DNA of 64,000 nt, taken from Massalongia carnosa (Eukaryota). Below are positions 12,093 through 22,733 of this stretch, piece after piece. Under the pieces are notes generated by a model. That model was not told where the DNA came from and did not search any database. It worked only from the letters and a program-made list of their open reading frames with translations. The stretch spans positions 62,001 to 126,000 of the forward strand of contig OZ287068.1 in the NCBI GenBank assembly GCA_965645245.1, given 5' to 3'. Position 1 is the first letter of the stretch. Each line of letters opens with the position of its first letter. Position numbers and translations under genes: made by a program.

Positions 12093-13703
12093 GATGGCCT
12101 TGACTTTAGCTGGATCCATGCGCATGCCATCGACGCTAATGATTAGTCCCAAGTACTTGGTTTCCGTCACATGGAATTCGCATTTGTCCACGTCTGCTTG
12201 CAGTCCCGCTTCCCGAAGTTTGATCAGAACGAATCGGACGTGCTCCCGATGATCCTTCAGGTTCTTGCTATAAACCAGGATGTCGTCCAGGTAAGCCGTG
12301 CAGAACTTGTCCAAGTAGTCGAATAACACATCGTTGATGTAGTGTTGCCAGGAAGCTGGTCCGCCAGAAAGTCCGAATGGGAGTACCTTATATTTATAGG
12401 CACCAAAACGAGAGTTGCACGTCGTCAGGTCTTCAGACTCTATGGCCATTCTGAGCTTGTGAAATGCTTGCCGAATATCAATCTTCGAAAAGACCTTAGC
12501 TTCCTTCAGCTGTGCCAGAGTTTCTTCTATCAGAGGTATGGGATAGCGGTCTTTTTTTGACAGTTGATTCAGCCTTCGATAATCGACACAGAAACGCAGG
12601 CCTCCGTTCGGCTTTTTGGCCAACAGAATAGGGGAAGCACACGCTGCGTGACTGGCCTCAATGAATCCTTTTCGAAGGTTGTCCTCGAGGTATTTCTTGA
12701 CGAACTCCAGTTCTTTCTGTGACATGCTCCGAAGCGGACTATGTCCGTGAACTTTGTCTCCTTCCAGAATAATCCTATGATCATACGTTCGATGAGGTGC
12801 CAGAGTGTCAGATGCTATCTTGGAAAAGACATCTAGGAATTCGTGGTACTCTGAGGGAACTACCGTCTTCGGGTCAGTGGGTGGCTGGTCTTCCTTATTC
12901 AATTGGTACTCGATGTCTTTCAAAGAGATGGCGAATAACTCGACATTCTTTTGTTTGGAGAGCAGTCGGTACGCGGCAGCCCCTATCATCGCCATTTCTA
13001 TCGGCTCATCTTCGGGAGTCGGCTTATCCTCGATTCCAGAGTCTGCTGGTCTTCCTGATAGCCCTACGTCAGCTTTGTTAGCTAACACATCTGACGAACT
13101 GAGCTGTTCTGGACTAGTCCTCTCTGATTCCTTCGTGTCCGTTCTTGCCTCTTCGGGTCGTTTCAGTATTTTCATGATCGTTCTAGCCCCTTCGGACTCC
13201 CTCATCATCTTTTCCTCCTTGGGCAGCTGAGGAGCTCCAGGATGAGAACAATGACCAGGCCAGAAATTTATCTTGTCTGTGGCCATGTCAATAATCACTC
13301 CATGCTTTCTCATCCATGGTTTTCCCAATATCATCTTGTGTTGCCCCAACTGCGTGATTAGAAGAGGGGCTATTGTTTCCTTATGATTTTGTACGGTCAG
13401 GGTAGGGTAGATGGCATGGGTAATGTCTTTACCTCGTTTACCGTCGAAACCTTTGACTGGTTTCGGTCTTGTCAGTTTTTGAGGGAAGATCTGAAGCTTT
13501 TCACAAACTTCACGCGCTGTTGATTCATCAGTAAAAGCATGCCCAGTGGCACCTGTGTCCAATAGACCCATCACTTTTATTTCTTCGCTATTGCCCAGTC
13601 TACATTGTATGACCAGGGGTTCATCGGCGAACAAATCACCAGGTAAACAGCTCGACGAAATCAATACTGGTTCACCTCCATCTGCGTCTTTGATGGAGGT
13701 CAC
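12093..13703 (-). CDS. Gypsy-1 pol (protease, RT), truncated; probably expressed by -1 frameshift
   Basis: LLDTGATG, LRFCVDYRRLN, LPFGL, YLDDILVYS. Slippery G GGA AAA at 13712-13706, just before the gag stop. Confidence 0.9.
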
Positions 13704-15055
13704 TTTTTTCCCGAGTCAGCAATTTCAGCGATTTTCTGCACTTTCGCTGGCCGACTCTTCCTCTTCAGCTCACAATCTCTGGACAAATGTCCATGCTCCT
13801 TGCAAAAGAAACAACAACCTTCCCTGGTCAATCGTTCCTTTTCTTCATCCGTCATGTAGGAAGAGGACCTGGGGGTCGAGGCCGTGATGGCGGGACGGGG
13901 AGGGACATAGGTCTCGGTGGTGGAGGTTGTCGTCGTCGTGGTCAGTGCGCTAGAACTCGAGGCAGTGGTGCTGGGCCTTTTAGTTTCCGCATAACGGTCC
14001 ATATTGGCCTTGCTTCGGTCCAAGTCCTTGAGGTCCTGATACAAGCGCTGAAATTTATGCGCGAACTCATACCGGTCGGTCGGTGCCTCGGCGCCGGTGG
14101 CCAATTGCCGATTCATTCCCCAAGAAAGCTTGTGCTTCAACTCGCTAATTAGTGTAGCCTCGTTATGGTCCAGCTCAGCTGCCAGACGCTGAAACTCAGC
14201 CCAAAAGGTGTTGAAATCCTTGCTTCCTTGCCGAAGATACCGAAAGTCGTTCATCGCAGTTTGTTTTCGATTGGGGTCGCCGTATGTGCGTTCCAATTGG
14301 TCAAACATTTCCTCGGCCGTCAGAAAGGGCTTCATCGCGCCCTTTCGAAGTCGGGGTTCTAGGTGTCCCATTGCTTCTCCTCCTACCCGGTTCTCCACGT
14401 ATGCCTTCTTGAGCAGTTCCGACGGCATGTGGTCATCATTGGCTGCTAGTTTACTCCGCATCTTTGTCAGCCAATGGTCTATGGAGATTTCCTTTCCGTC
14501 AGTGAAGATAGGCGGGTCAGGCAGTTTCATCGACCTCTTCCTACCGCCGTCGCTGCGACGGCTGCTACGGGAAGGGGATGGGGTTCGTGGGCGAGACGGC
14601 TCTCGCGTCTGTTCTCGGCTCAATTCAGTGCTGGCCACGGGGGCCCGTCCTTGTAATTCTCTTATTTCTTCTTTCTGGTAGGACATCATGCCCTCCAACT
14701 GGTTCATTCTGGTCTGGAATCCCTCAGCCATATCAATAGCTCGGTTACCTCGTTCAACGGAGTCGTTGTATGCTCCCTTCAGGTTTTGAAGCATGTCGGA
14801 CACGGCCTGAGGGTCGTGCTCCATCCATGCCTTCAATTGTCGGAGGTTTATAATCATCAGAGGCGCCGTTACCTCTAGTTCGTCCTCTGTCTCTCTAGTC
14901 TCGGGGATTATCGAGTCCCGGTGTCTTGGGACCTCGGTCCCGGTTGATCGTGCCATGTTATAAGCTGGTATCTGGTTATCGGTGTCTGGTATCTTGGGTT
15001 CAGTTCCAGTGGTCGTCTCGTCTCTACGATGTTTAATTCTCGGTGTCGGTATCAA
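13700..15055 (-). CDS. Gypsy-1 gag
   Basis: KLPDPPIFTDGK, LRQG...F.AEFQRLAAEL retrotransposon-gag motif and CFFCKEHGHLSRDC zinc knuckle. Confidence 0.9.
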   Translation of the reverse strand: MIPTPRIKHRRDETTTGTEPKIPDTDNQIPAYNMARSTGTEVPRHRDSIIPETRETEDELEVTAPLMIINLRQLKAWMEHDPQAVSDMLQNLKGAYNDSVERGNRAIDMAEGFQTRMNQLEGMMSYQKEEIRELQGRAPVASTELSREQTREPSRPRTPSPSRSSRRSDGGRKRSMKLPDPPIFTDGKEISIDHWLTKMRSKLAANDDHMPSELLKKAYVENRVGGEAMGHLEPRLRKGAMKPFLTAEEMFDQLERTYGDPNRKQTAMNDFRYLRQGSKDFNTFWAEFQRLAAELDHNEATLISELKHKLSWGMNRQLATGAEAPTDRYEFAHKFQRLYQDLKDLDRSKANMDRYAETKRPSTTASSSSALTTTTTTSTTETYVPPRPAITASTPRSSSYMTDEEKERLTREGCCFFCKEHGHLSRDCELKRKSRPAKVQKIAEIADSGKK

Positions 15056-15139
15056 TATCTGGTGTCTTCGTGTTTGTCAGGTGAATTCTTTTATATCCTT
15101 CACATAGGATAACAGTTTGAAGTTTGATCTTTATTGTAA

Positions 15140-15373
15140 TGTTACGGTCTACCTAGAGGCTAGTCATAGGGACGCCATGAACGAAAACAATAAAGATGAA
15201 GAGAAAAGAAAGACTCGAAAGGTCTGACCCGTCCCTATATACCAACGCGTTCCCTTGCCCTCATGCAGTACGGTCGCGAAAGAGTTTTCCGCGCTATCTC
15301 GTGAATCTCGTTATCCGACCCGTAGGTGCTCGATTAGGTTTAGCTCCTAAAGGCGAGAGGTGGAATCGTGACA
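15140..15373 (-). repeat. Gypsy-1 5' LTR
   Basis: TG...CA with 7-bp imperfect inverted termini and a TATA-like TATATA. No partner LTR in the window. Confidence 0.7.
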
Positions 15374-15996
15374 ATTATAATAATTATAATACCCTTTGCC
15401 TTATTGTATCATTTTTAGCGCTTTCTTCAATAAGTTGTAGAAGAGATAATCGTCGGCTCGCTTACCTCCGGGATCCGACTTGAAAAAATGTCGACCGCAT
15501 TTTAGTCGGGGAAAGCGGTTGCATACCCTCAATGTTAGAATGTACAAATCAGGTTACTTCATTTCAGCCGCACTCACCTTCTACCGCACGAGTATGGCGC
15601 ACGCTAATGGCTAGACGTATCGCTAGTCTAATACTAGCATACCGTACATTGTCTATAAATCTAGCTATTCCCACTATATAGAACAATAGCAAGCGTTCTA
15701 TCCTCTATCTACTATACTACCTTTTGATAGGTTATGAGCCCGGCCGCAGGGCGCCTCTTTACATGTGTTTGCTTGTCTTACTTTACCTACCCTAACACAA
15801 GCCTCCTTACCGTCGCAAACAATTACCGTCGCGAATAATCTCCTACAAAAAAATCCGACACAAATCGACACATATGAAACAGTCGGCAGTGTTTGAGATG
15901 GCTAAGCACTACTATCGGGCGCCCGGCTTCTTCTTTGCCCCTTACTAAACGAACGCTAACAAATATTTTAACAGGCACCTCCTTGCACTTCGTTTC

Positions 15997-16321
15997 GATG
16001 TCTCGGATGATCTATATTCCCCACAAAAAACCGGGAATGTGACATCCAGATGTCTCGGATGATCTACGTTCCCAATAAAAAACCGGGAATGTGACATCCA
16101 CTTCACTTTGATGTCTCGGATGATCTACATTCCCAACAAAAAATCGGAAATGTGACATCCAGGTGTCTCGGATGATCTACATTTCCAATAAAAAACCGGA
16201 AATGTGACATTCACTTCGATGTCTCGGATGATCTACATTCCCAACAAAAAACCGGGAATGTGACATCCAGATGTCTCGGATGATCTACGTTCCCAACAAA
16301 AAACCGGGAATGTGACATCCA
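15997..16321 (+). repeat. Six ~52-bp tandem hairpin-forming repeats in the Copia-2 leader
   Basis: Unit GATGTCTCGGATGATCTACATTCCCAACAAAAAACCGGGAATGTGACATCCA, arranged as three pairs. Confidence 0.9.
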
Positions 16322-16924
16322 TTGGGATGAAACCAAATCTCCCTGTAATCGATTTTGCCCTCTATTCATAGTCAGCATCTGCGTATCAGTTATAAGACTG
16401 CAGGATTATGGCTTCGAGCAACAAAAAACGCTCTCGATTTATCAACCCCAAAGGCACAACTAAACGCCTCAAATCTATCTTTGCACCTGCATCTGCTTCT
16501 GCGTTTAGATCTATTATATCAATCACTGCCCCATTCCTACGTGGCACTCTTGCCGAGATCCAATGACTCTCAGAGCCTCAACCAAATAATAGGCCGGCAA
16601 CAAGGCTTGAACGGGATTCACAACATACATTACAGGCGGCTAGTGCGGAAATCGTTGCTTTCTCTTAGAGGATAACTCAGATCAATCAAAATTGGATTGC
16701 TTTGTACCATCATCCCTGAGCCTCCAGTCACTCCCGGTCAGTCCACATCAAAATCGGACCTAGAACCGCCCAGCGACTGTGATCCTTTCGATCTAAGAGC
16801 CAGAACCAAGTCACCAAGCACTTATAATAGCACTCCGTCGGAATCCGGTAAAACCAAACACCAGTTCAAGCCAGTCCGTTAACAAGGACAATCCATTAAG
16901 CTCTTCCAATAAACCCTTTCCATC

Positions 16925-19900
16925 ATGAGTGAAAAAATCTCTGGATCGGGGTCCTATAGCGCTATTGATAGGATCCCTAAGCTAGTGGACCACGAGGGTT
17001 ATCCAGCATGGAAGCGAGCCATGCGAGATTGCCTCAAAATGATAGATCTTTGGATCTATTGTGATAACACCGAAGCTGCACCACGCCCAAACGCTCCCAA
17101 TGATGGCTTCAACAAATGGAAAAAGGGCCAAGATAAGGCCTGCACTGCTCTACGATTAGCTTGTGAAGGAAATGCCTACACCGATATAGAAGACCATACT
17201 ACTGCTTCCGTCGCCTGGGACCTGCTTGAGTCAAACTATAAGCCTCGCGGTTCGGGATTCCTCAATGACACCTTTAGAAAATTAGACAACCTTATCCTAT
17301 CGGATTGCAGCAGCCCTGCAGACTACGTTACCCAATTTCGCGCCACGGTGAATAAGCTTCGCACCTTCTCAAGCAAGCTAAGCCTGGACGAAAACTGGCT
17401 TATCTATCGCTTCCATACCAATTTAGGCTTCGAATACAACAGCTATTTCGAACGATACGCTCAGGATCATGATCCTTTCAATGAAATGGGTGAACCCAAG
17501 CACACGTTAAGTCAGGCTATGCAGCATTTCCAAAACACGGTGACCAACCCAAGCAAGTCCAGCGATAAGGCCGTAATCGCAATGGCAGCTGTTTCAAACG
17601 CTCAAACCCAAGCAGGAGCTCAACCCGGAACAGCCCATTCTCGAATCATCACCAAGACCATCGAGTTCTGCAACCACTGCCGAAAAGACTATCACGTAGA
17701 GAGCGAGTGTCGTGAAAAATATCCACACCTCGTTAACCAAGACTCACAGCGTAAGTCCAATAAGCGTCGTAGGAATTCCAAAAGTCAAGGTCAAAGCCAA
17801 AAGCCAACCGGAAACAATGACTCAACCAAAGGAGCCTTCTGCGCCTACATGGCCACCGCAGATATAACCAAAATATCTAAGCTCTGGATCTGTGACTCTG
17901 GAACTAGCCAACATATTACCCACGATCGCTCCATCTTCACCTCATTCAAGACATCCGATTGCCCTCCAATTCAAGGTATTGGAGGAGTCTTAATTCCCAA
18001 AGGAATAGATAACGTCATGTTGCGGTGTGCCGGTAACGAGGGTCTTCGGGAGTTCCCTCTTTTCGATGTGTTATACGTTCCGGACGGAGGCCTAAATCTC
18101 ATCTCCCAAGGACAATTACAACGAGATGGATGTCCCCTGAAGATTGTACCAGAGGGAATTGAAATCGGGAACTATGGTATTATCGCTCGCCGCCAGGACA
18201 ACAATCTGTATATCCTGAATATGTGGAACGTCTCTGAAGCCGCTCTCGCTCTTGCTGCAATTAATAGCGAGGCGATAAAAATGTGGCACGCTCGTTTAGG
18301 CCATCTTGGAAATCAAAACATTCTCAAGCTCGCTGGCATGTCAAAAGGAATGGACCTCACCAAGCCCCCGCCCCAAGACGCCTGTCCTCCGTGCGCCATC
18401 GCTCAGTCCCAAGTAGAACCACACCGGGCCCCCATCCAACCAGGCAAGCACCCGCTGGACTTAATTCACAGTGATGTCCAAGGACCTTTCCCAGAAGCCT
18501 TGAACGGCGCCAAATATATGGTGACCTTTCTTTGCGATTTCGATAAACGGTCCCACGTCACCTTACTGCGCGTCAAAAGCGGAGTCCTTCAAGCTTTTAA
18601 AAACTACAAGAAGCAAAATGAATATGGGGACAAACGAATTAAGCGCTTGCGATCGGACTGTGGGGGTGAGTATGACTCCAAGGACTTCGAGAATTTCAGA
18701 AACGAGCATGGCATTCAGTGGGAACCTACCGTACCGGGAAAACCACCCATGAACGGGACAGCCGAGCGCCTAGGTCAAACGCTTCACAAGTTAGCCAGCA
18801 CCATGCGAGAAGGCGCTAAACTAGACATCAAATATTGGGCTGAGATGGTTCTCACTGCCAACTACCTAAGAAATCGACAACCAACTGCGGGACGCTCCAT
18901 CACCCCCTACGAGTCTCACACCGGCAGCCCACCAGAACTAGGACATCTAAGGATAATAGGACAGACTGGCTATGCGCAAAATCGCAAGCCCTCCACCGGA
19001 TGGAAGAAATTTCAGGAACGAGCCACCAAATGTACTTTAGTAGGATACGAAGGCGATCACATCTATCGAATGATAAATCCACGGGGCGCGGTCATGCGTT
19101 ATTCCAATGTTCAGTGGATAGATAACAACCCCCCAACTCCTCCTTCCTTATCATTCTCTCAAACTAAAAGAGCCCTACATGTTGGACAGTCAGGACCGCC
19201 CACAAGAAAGCAAAAAATTACCCATCATACGGACTCCCCTCATACGGACTTAGTCGACGCTCATGAATCCATAGAATCAATTCCCACTGGACCTCTCCCA
19301 TCAAACGCTGGAAAAGAGGCATTGGCAAACCAACTGCCCATTGAGCCTTGGTCCCAGGCAGATATTCTCTCTAAGCATCCAAAACTTCGCGCCCCCTCGC
19401 CTGACCCGCTTGCTCTTTTGGCTCTTCTTGCTCGAGCCAATGACCCGGAGCCATACGAGCCTAAAACCTATAAACAGGCCGTAGATAGTCGGGAGGAAAA
19501 GGATTGGCGAAGGGCAATGCAGGAAGAAATTGACTCTATCAACGAAAATGATACCTGGATCCTCACCTCCCTGCCCCCGGACCGCAAAGCCCTGCGAGGC
19601 AAATGGGTTTATAAAATCAAACAAGGCCCGGCTGGCGAGATTCTTCGTTACAAGGCTCGATGGGTAGTCAGAGGCTTTGAGCAACGTGAAGGCATTTACT
19701 ACAATGAGACTTTTGCTTCAGTAGTGAAGCCAATGAGCTATAAAGCCATCTTCGCTATCGCTGCAGCCAATGATTGGGAAATCCACCAAATGGACGTAAA
19801 AACAGCCTTCTTGTACGGAAGGGTGGACGAGGAAATCTACGTGGAGCAACCAACCGGTCTGGATGACGGGTCAACGAGAGTTTGCAAGTTGAAGAAAGCT

Positions 19901-21049
19901 CTTTATGGCCTGAAACAGTCGTCTAGAATCTGGTATGAAACGATCACTACTTTTTTCAAGTCTCATGAATTCGTTCCAGTCAACGCCGACCTTAGCGTTT
20001 TCGTTAAAGAAGGGGTTATCGTAGCCATTTACGTCGATGATTTAATCATCACTGGCTCTTCTTCTTCCGAGATACAACGTGTCAAGAAACTGCTGAGTGA
20101 CGAGTTCTCGATGGTTGATTTAGGCCCTATCAATTACTACCTGGGCATGACGATAACTCGGGATCGGGCTAATAGGATTCTTCGCCTTGGTCAGCAGGCC
20201 TATCTGGAAAAAGTACTACGCGACCATGGCATGTGGGACACTAACCCCGTGGCTACCCCGATGGATGGGCGACTGGAGGCTGCACCAGAGGGCCATCAGG
20301 CCACAGATGACTCTCGCCTCCGCTACCAATCAGCGGTGGGCTCTCTCATGTATGCTATGCTAGGCACTAGGCCTGACTTAGCCTACGCCGTATCGGTGGT
20401 CAGCCGCTATGCCTCGAACCCGACCGATACGCACTGGAAGGCAGTCAAACGCATCTTTCGATACATCAAGGGCACTCTACCGTTGCAGTTAACATACAAA
20501 GGTCACTTACAACCCTTGAACGGTTACACTGACGCGGATTGGGCCGGAGATCATCATACCCGAAGGTCTACCTCAGGCTTCGTGTTTAATGTGGGTAGTG
20601 GCGCTATTAGCTGGTCTTCCAAACGACAACCGACCGTAGCCCTATCTTCATGCGAAGCCGAGTACATGGGTCAGACTCAAGCCACCAAGGAAGCCGTCTG
20701 GCTGTCTAGTCTTCTCGACCAACTTTCAGCACCTCAAGTCCCTGGGATACACTCTCTCCAAACCCAGAGCACCTCTGTAGCCCTTGCCTGCTTGCCTACA
20801 TCTTTCGCCCTAAATGCTATCATCATTCACTGCGACAATCAAGGAGCAATAGCTTTGGCCAAAAATCCCCAGGCACACGCGCGGAGCAAGCATATTGACA
20901 TCCAATGGCACTACCAAAGAGAGAATATCGAAGACAAATTAGTGGAATTTCGCTATGTTCCTACCGAAGAACAGGTAGCTGACGGCCTAACCAAGGCCCT
21001 ACCAAAGGACAAATTTGTTGTCTTTCGAAAAGCTTTAGGCTTAGAATAA
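16925..21049 (+). CDS. Copia-2 gag-pol polyprotein (1374 aa)
   Basis: Uninterrupted ORF: CNHCRKDYHVESEC, WICDSGTSQH, WHARLGH, RLRSDCGGEY, YKARWVVRGFEQ, MDVKTAFL, YVDD, GYTDADWAG. Confidence 0.97.
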   Translation: MSEKISGSGSYSAIDRIPKLVDHEGYPAWKRAMRDCLKMIDLWIYCDNTEAAPRPNAPNDGFNKWKKGQDKACTALRLACEGNAYTDIEDHTTASVAWDLLESNYKPRGSGFLNDTFRKLDNLILSDCSSPADYVTQFRATVNKLRTFSSKLSLDENWLIYRFHTNLGFEYNSYFERYAQDHDPFNEMGEPKHTLSQAMQHFQNTVTNPSKSSDKAVIAMAAVSNAQTQAGAQPGTAHSRIITKTIEFCNHCRKDYHVESECREKYPHLVNQDSQRKSNKRRRNSKSQGQSQKPTGNNDSTKGAFCAYMATADITKISKLWICDSGTSQHITHDRSIFTSFKTSDCPPIQGIGGVLIPKGIDNVMLRCAGNEGLREFPLFDVLYVPDGGLNLISQGQLQRDGCPLKIVPEGIEIGNYGIIARRQDNNLYILNMWNVSEAALALAAINSEAIKMWHARLGHLGNQNILKLAGMSKGMDLTKPPPQDACPPCAIAQSQVEPHRAPIQPGKHPLDLIHSDVQGPFPEALNGAKYMVTFLCDFDKRSHVTLLRVKSGVLQAFKNYKKQNEYGDKRIKRLRSDCGGEYDSKDFENFRNEHGIQWEPTVPGKPPMNGTAERLGQTLHKLASTMREGAKLDIKYWAEMVLTANYLRNRQPTAGRSITPYESHTGSPPELGHLRIIGQTGYAQNRKPSTGWKKFQERATKCTLVGYEGDHIYRMINPRGAVMRYSNVQWIDNNPPTPPSLSFSQTKRALHVGQSGPPTRKQKITHHTDSPHTDLVDAHESIESIPTGPLPSNAGKEALANQLPIEPWSQADILSKHPKLRAPSPDPLALLALLARANDPEPYEPKTYKQAVDSREEKDWRRAMQEEIDSINENDTWILTSLPPDRKALRGKWVYKIKQGPAGEILRYKARWVVRGFEQREGIYYNETFASVVKPMSYKAIFAIAAANDWEIHQMDVKTAFLYGRVDEEIYVEQPTGLDDGSTRVCKLKKALYGLKQSSRIWYETITTFFKSHEFVPVNADLSVFVKEGVIVAIYVDDLIITGSSSSEIQRVKKLLSDEFSMVDLGPINYYLGMTITRDRANRILRLGQQAYLEKVLRDHGMWDTNPVATPMDGRLEAAPEGHQATDDSRLRYQSAVGSLMYAMLGTRPDLAYAVSVVSRYASNPTDTHWKAVKRIFRYIKGTLPLQLTYKGHLQPLNGYTDADWAGDHHTRRSTSGFVFNVGSGAISWSSKRQPTVALSSCEAEYMGQTQATKEAVWLSSLLDQLSAPQVPGIHSLQTQSTSVALACLPTSFALNAIIIHCDNQGAIALAKNPQAHARSKHIDIQWHYQRENIEDKLVEFRYVPTEEQVADGLTKALPKDKFVVFRKALGLE

Positions 21050-22658
21050 ACCAGAAGCCCGTTGTCGTAAAAAATTCGACCTTAACCCAAAAAAAAAAAA
21101 AAAAAAAGTATCACCCACAGCTGAGCCTGTGGGGGTGTTTTCGTACATCGCCAGCAGCATTAGCCTGCGGAGTACACTGACTCACCTGCAGGTGATCCAC
21201 TGGGAAGCATGATATTATACTGGAGTATGTGGGAGTTATTGAATTTCTCTTTATCATGTGGGAGTGCTATTTCAGTGCCTGAGTGGGAGTGTTAGAATGT
21301 ACAAATCAGGTTACTTCATTTTAGCCGCACTCACCTTCTACCGCACGAGTATGGCGCACGCTAATGGCTAGACGTATCGCTAGTCTAATACTAGCATACC
21401 GTACATTGTCTATAAATCTAGCTATTCCCACTATATAGAACAATAGCAAGCGTTCTATCCTCTATCTACTATACTATCTTTTGATACTCAAATTCAAATT
21501 TCTTCATCTTTTTGATCATTGACCAACAACCACATTGATTAAAAATCAGCCGATACCGTACATAGCTTGAAAATCATTTCTCCGACCCAACTGATTATCA
21601 ATTCAAATCCTTTCCTTTCGAATCAATCCCCCGAACCAATCTCCCCTTTCGAATCATGGATAACGACGCCTCCCTTGTCTCCACTCTCAACCCCATGGAA
21701 AATTGAAAAAGGCGAAGGAATTTCTGACAAATCATCCCAAAGAAAGTAAAACGACTGAAGCTAGAATCTACAATATCAACGTCAAAACTTTGACGTCTTC
21801 CATTCGTCGACCAGAAGGGAGGAAAATTGGAGGACAAAATCAGATACTGAGGGAGCATAAGGCAAGGTCAATCACTGGCTTTATTAAGTCCTTATTGATT
21901 CATGGAATTCTTCCTACACAGCAGATGGTTTTCAAGGCTATTGTAAGTCTGAAAAAGGCCTATAACCCCCTCGAGGTAGGCCCGTCAAGAAGATGGTTTC
22001 GGAGCTGGTGGAAATGTAACAAACTTCATAAAATAAAGACAAAACCACTAGCAATGATTCGTTATAAAGCTGCCCAAGAATCAGATGTGATGGAATAGTT
22101 TGAAAGGTATAGAGAGGTGTTGAAAGAGTTGAAAATTCGAAAAAGTCGGAACATTTTGAACTTTGATGAAGCTGGTTTTCGGGTTGGATGCATGAGGGGT
22201 CAGGAAATCATTGTTCCTGAGGAAATCAAACAATTCTACGCCGTCAGCCCGGAAAATCACAGATCTGCGACAGTTATTGAGACTATCAATGCTGCCGGCG
22301 ACTATCCCCCCCCTCCAATCATCGCACAGGGTCATGACATCATGGCCACATGGTTTCGGAAGGTGTGCCCTCGAACAGTGGTTTTACATCTGATAAGATA
22401 GCAATTGAATATTTGAAGCATCTTATCAAACATACAAATGCAGGACCTGATGCGGAATGGCAATTATTGCTGATGGATAATCATGGCAGTCATACAACCC
22501 CTGAATTTTCACTTTTGACCAATGAGAATCGCATTCGACCCTTTCCCTTTATACCTACGCCGCGGAATGGGTTGGGTTGGGTTGGGTTATTAAAATGAGA
22601 ACCCAACCCAATGAGTTTTGGGTTGGGTTGGGTTATCGTTGGGTTACCCAACAGAAAA

Positions 22659-22733
22659 GGGTACTGATATATGGACACCCCATCCGCTACCTAGACTCAA
22701 GGTAGCGGATAGGGTGTCCATATATCAGTACCC
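22659..22733. mobile_element. 75-bp hairpin MITE with 8-bp TSD
   Basis: 34-bp inverted arms with one mismatch and a 7-nt loop. ACAGAAAA at 22651-22658 and 22734-22741. Confidence 0.85.

Larger units (their letters stand above)
12093..15373 (-). mobile_element. Ty3/Gypsy retrotransposon (Gypsy-1), 3'-truncated at the Copia-1 LTR
   Basis: Single LTR at 15140-15373 with inverted ends TGTCACG...CGTAACA, then gag, then PR-RT. RNase H, integrase and 3' LTR are absent. Confidence 0.9.
15533..21486 (+). mobile_element. Ty1/Copia LTR retrotransposon (Copia-2), intact, inserted in the Pogo left TIR
   Basis: 197-bp LTRs at 15533-15729 and 21290-21486 with two C/T differences seen. TSD CTCAA at 15528-15532 and 21487-21491. 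PBS-like GGTTATGAGCCC and purine tract GAGTGGGAG. Confidence 0.97.

Noticed and set aside
15997..16321. CRISPR-like or hammerhead-ribozyme reading of the 52-bp repeats
   Set aside because: There are no unique spacers and no cas genes, the context is eukaryotic, and the CUGAUGA/GAAA hammerhead core is not present.
16388..16882. Short upstream ORFs in the Copia-2 leader
   Set aside because: They contain multiple stops and no recognisable motif.
22568..22645. (GGGTT)n runs as telomeric repeats (also 33035-33110)
   Set aside because: The unit is 5 bp, not TTAGGG, and the runs are mirror-placed inside the hAT TIRs, so they are subterminal repeats.
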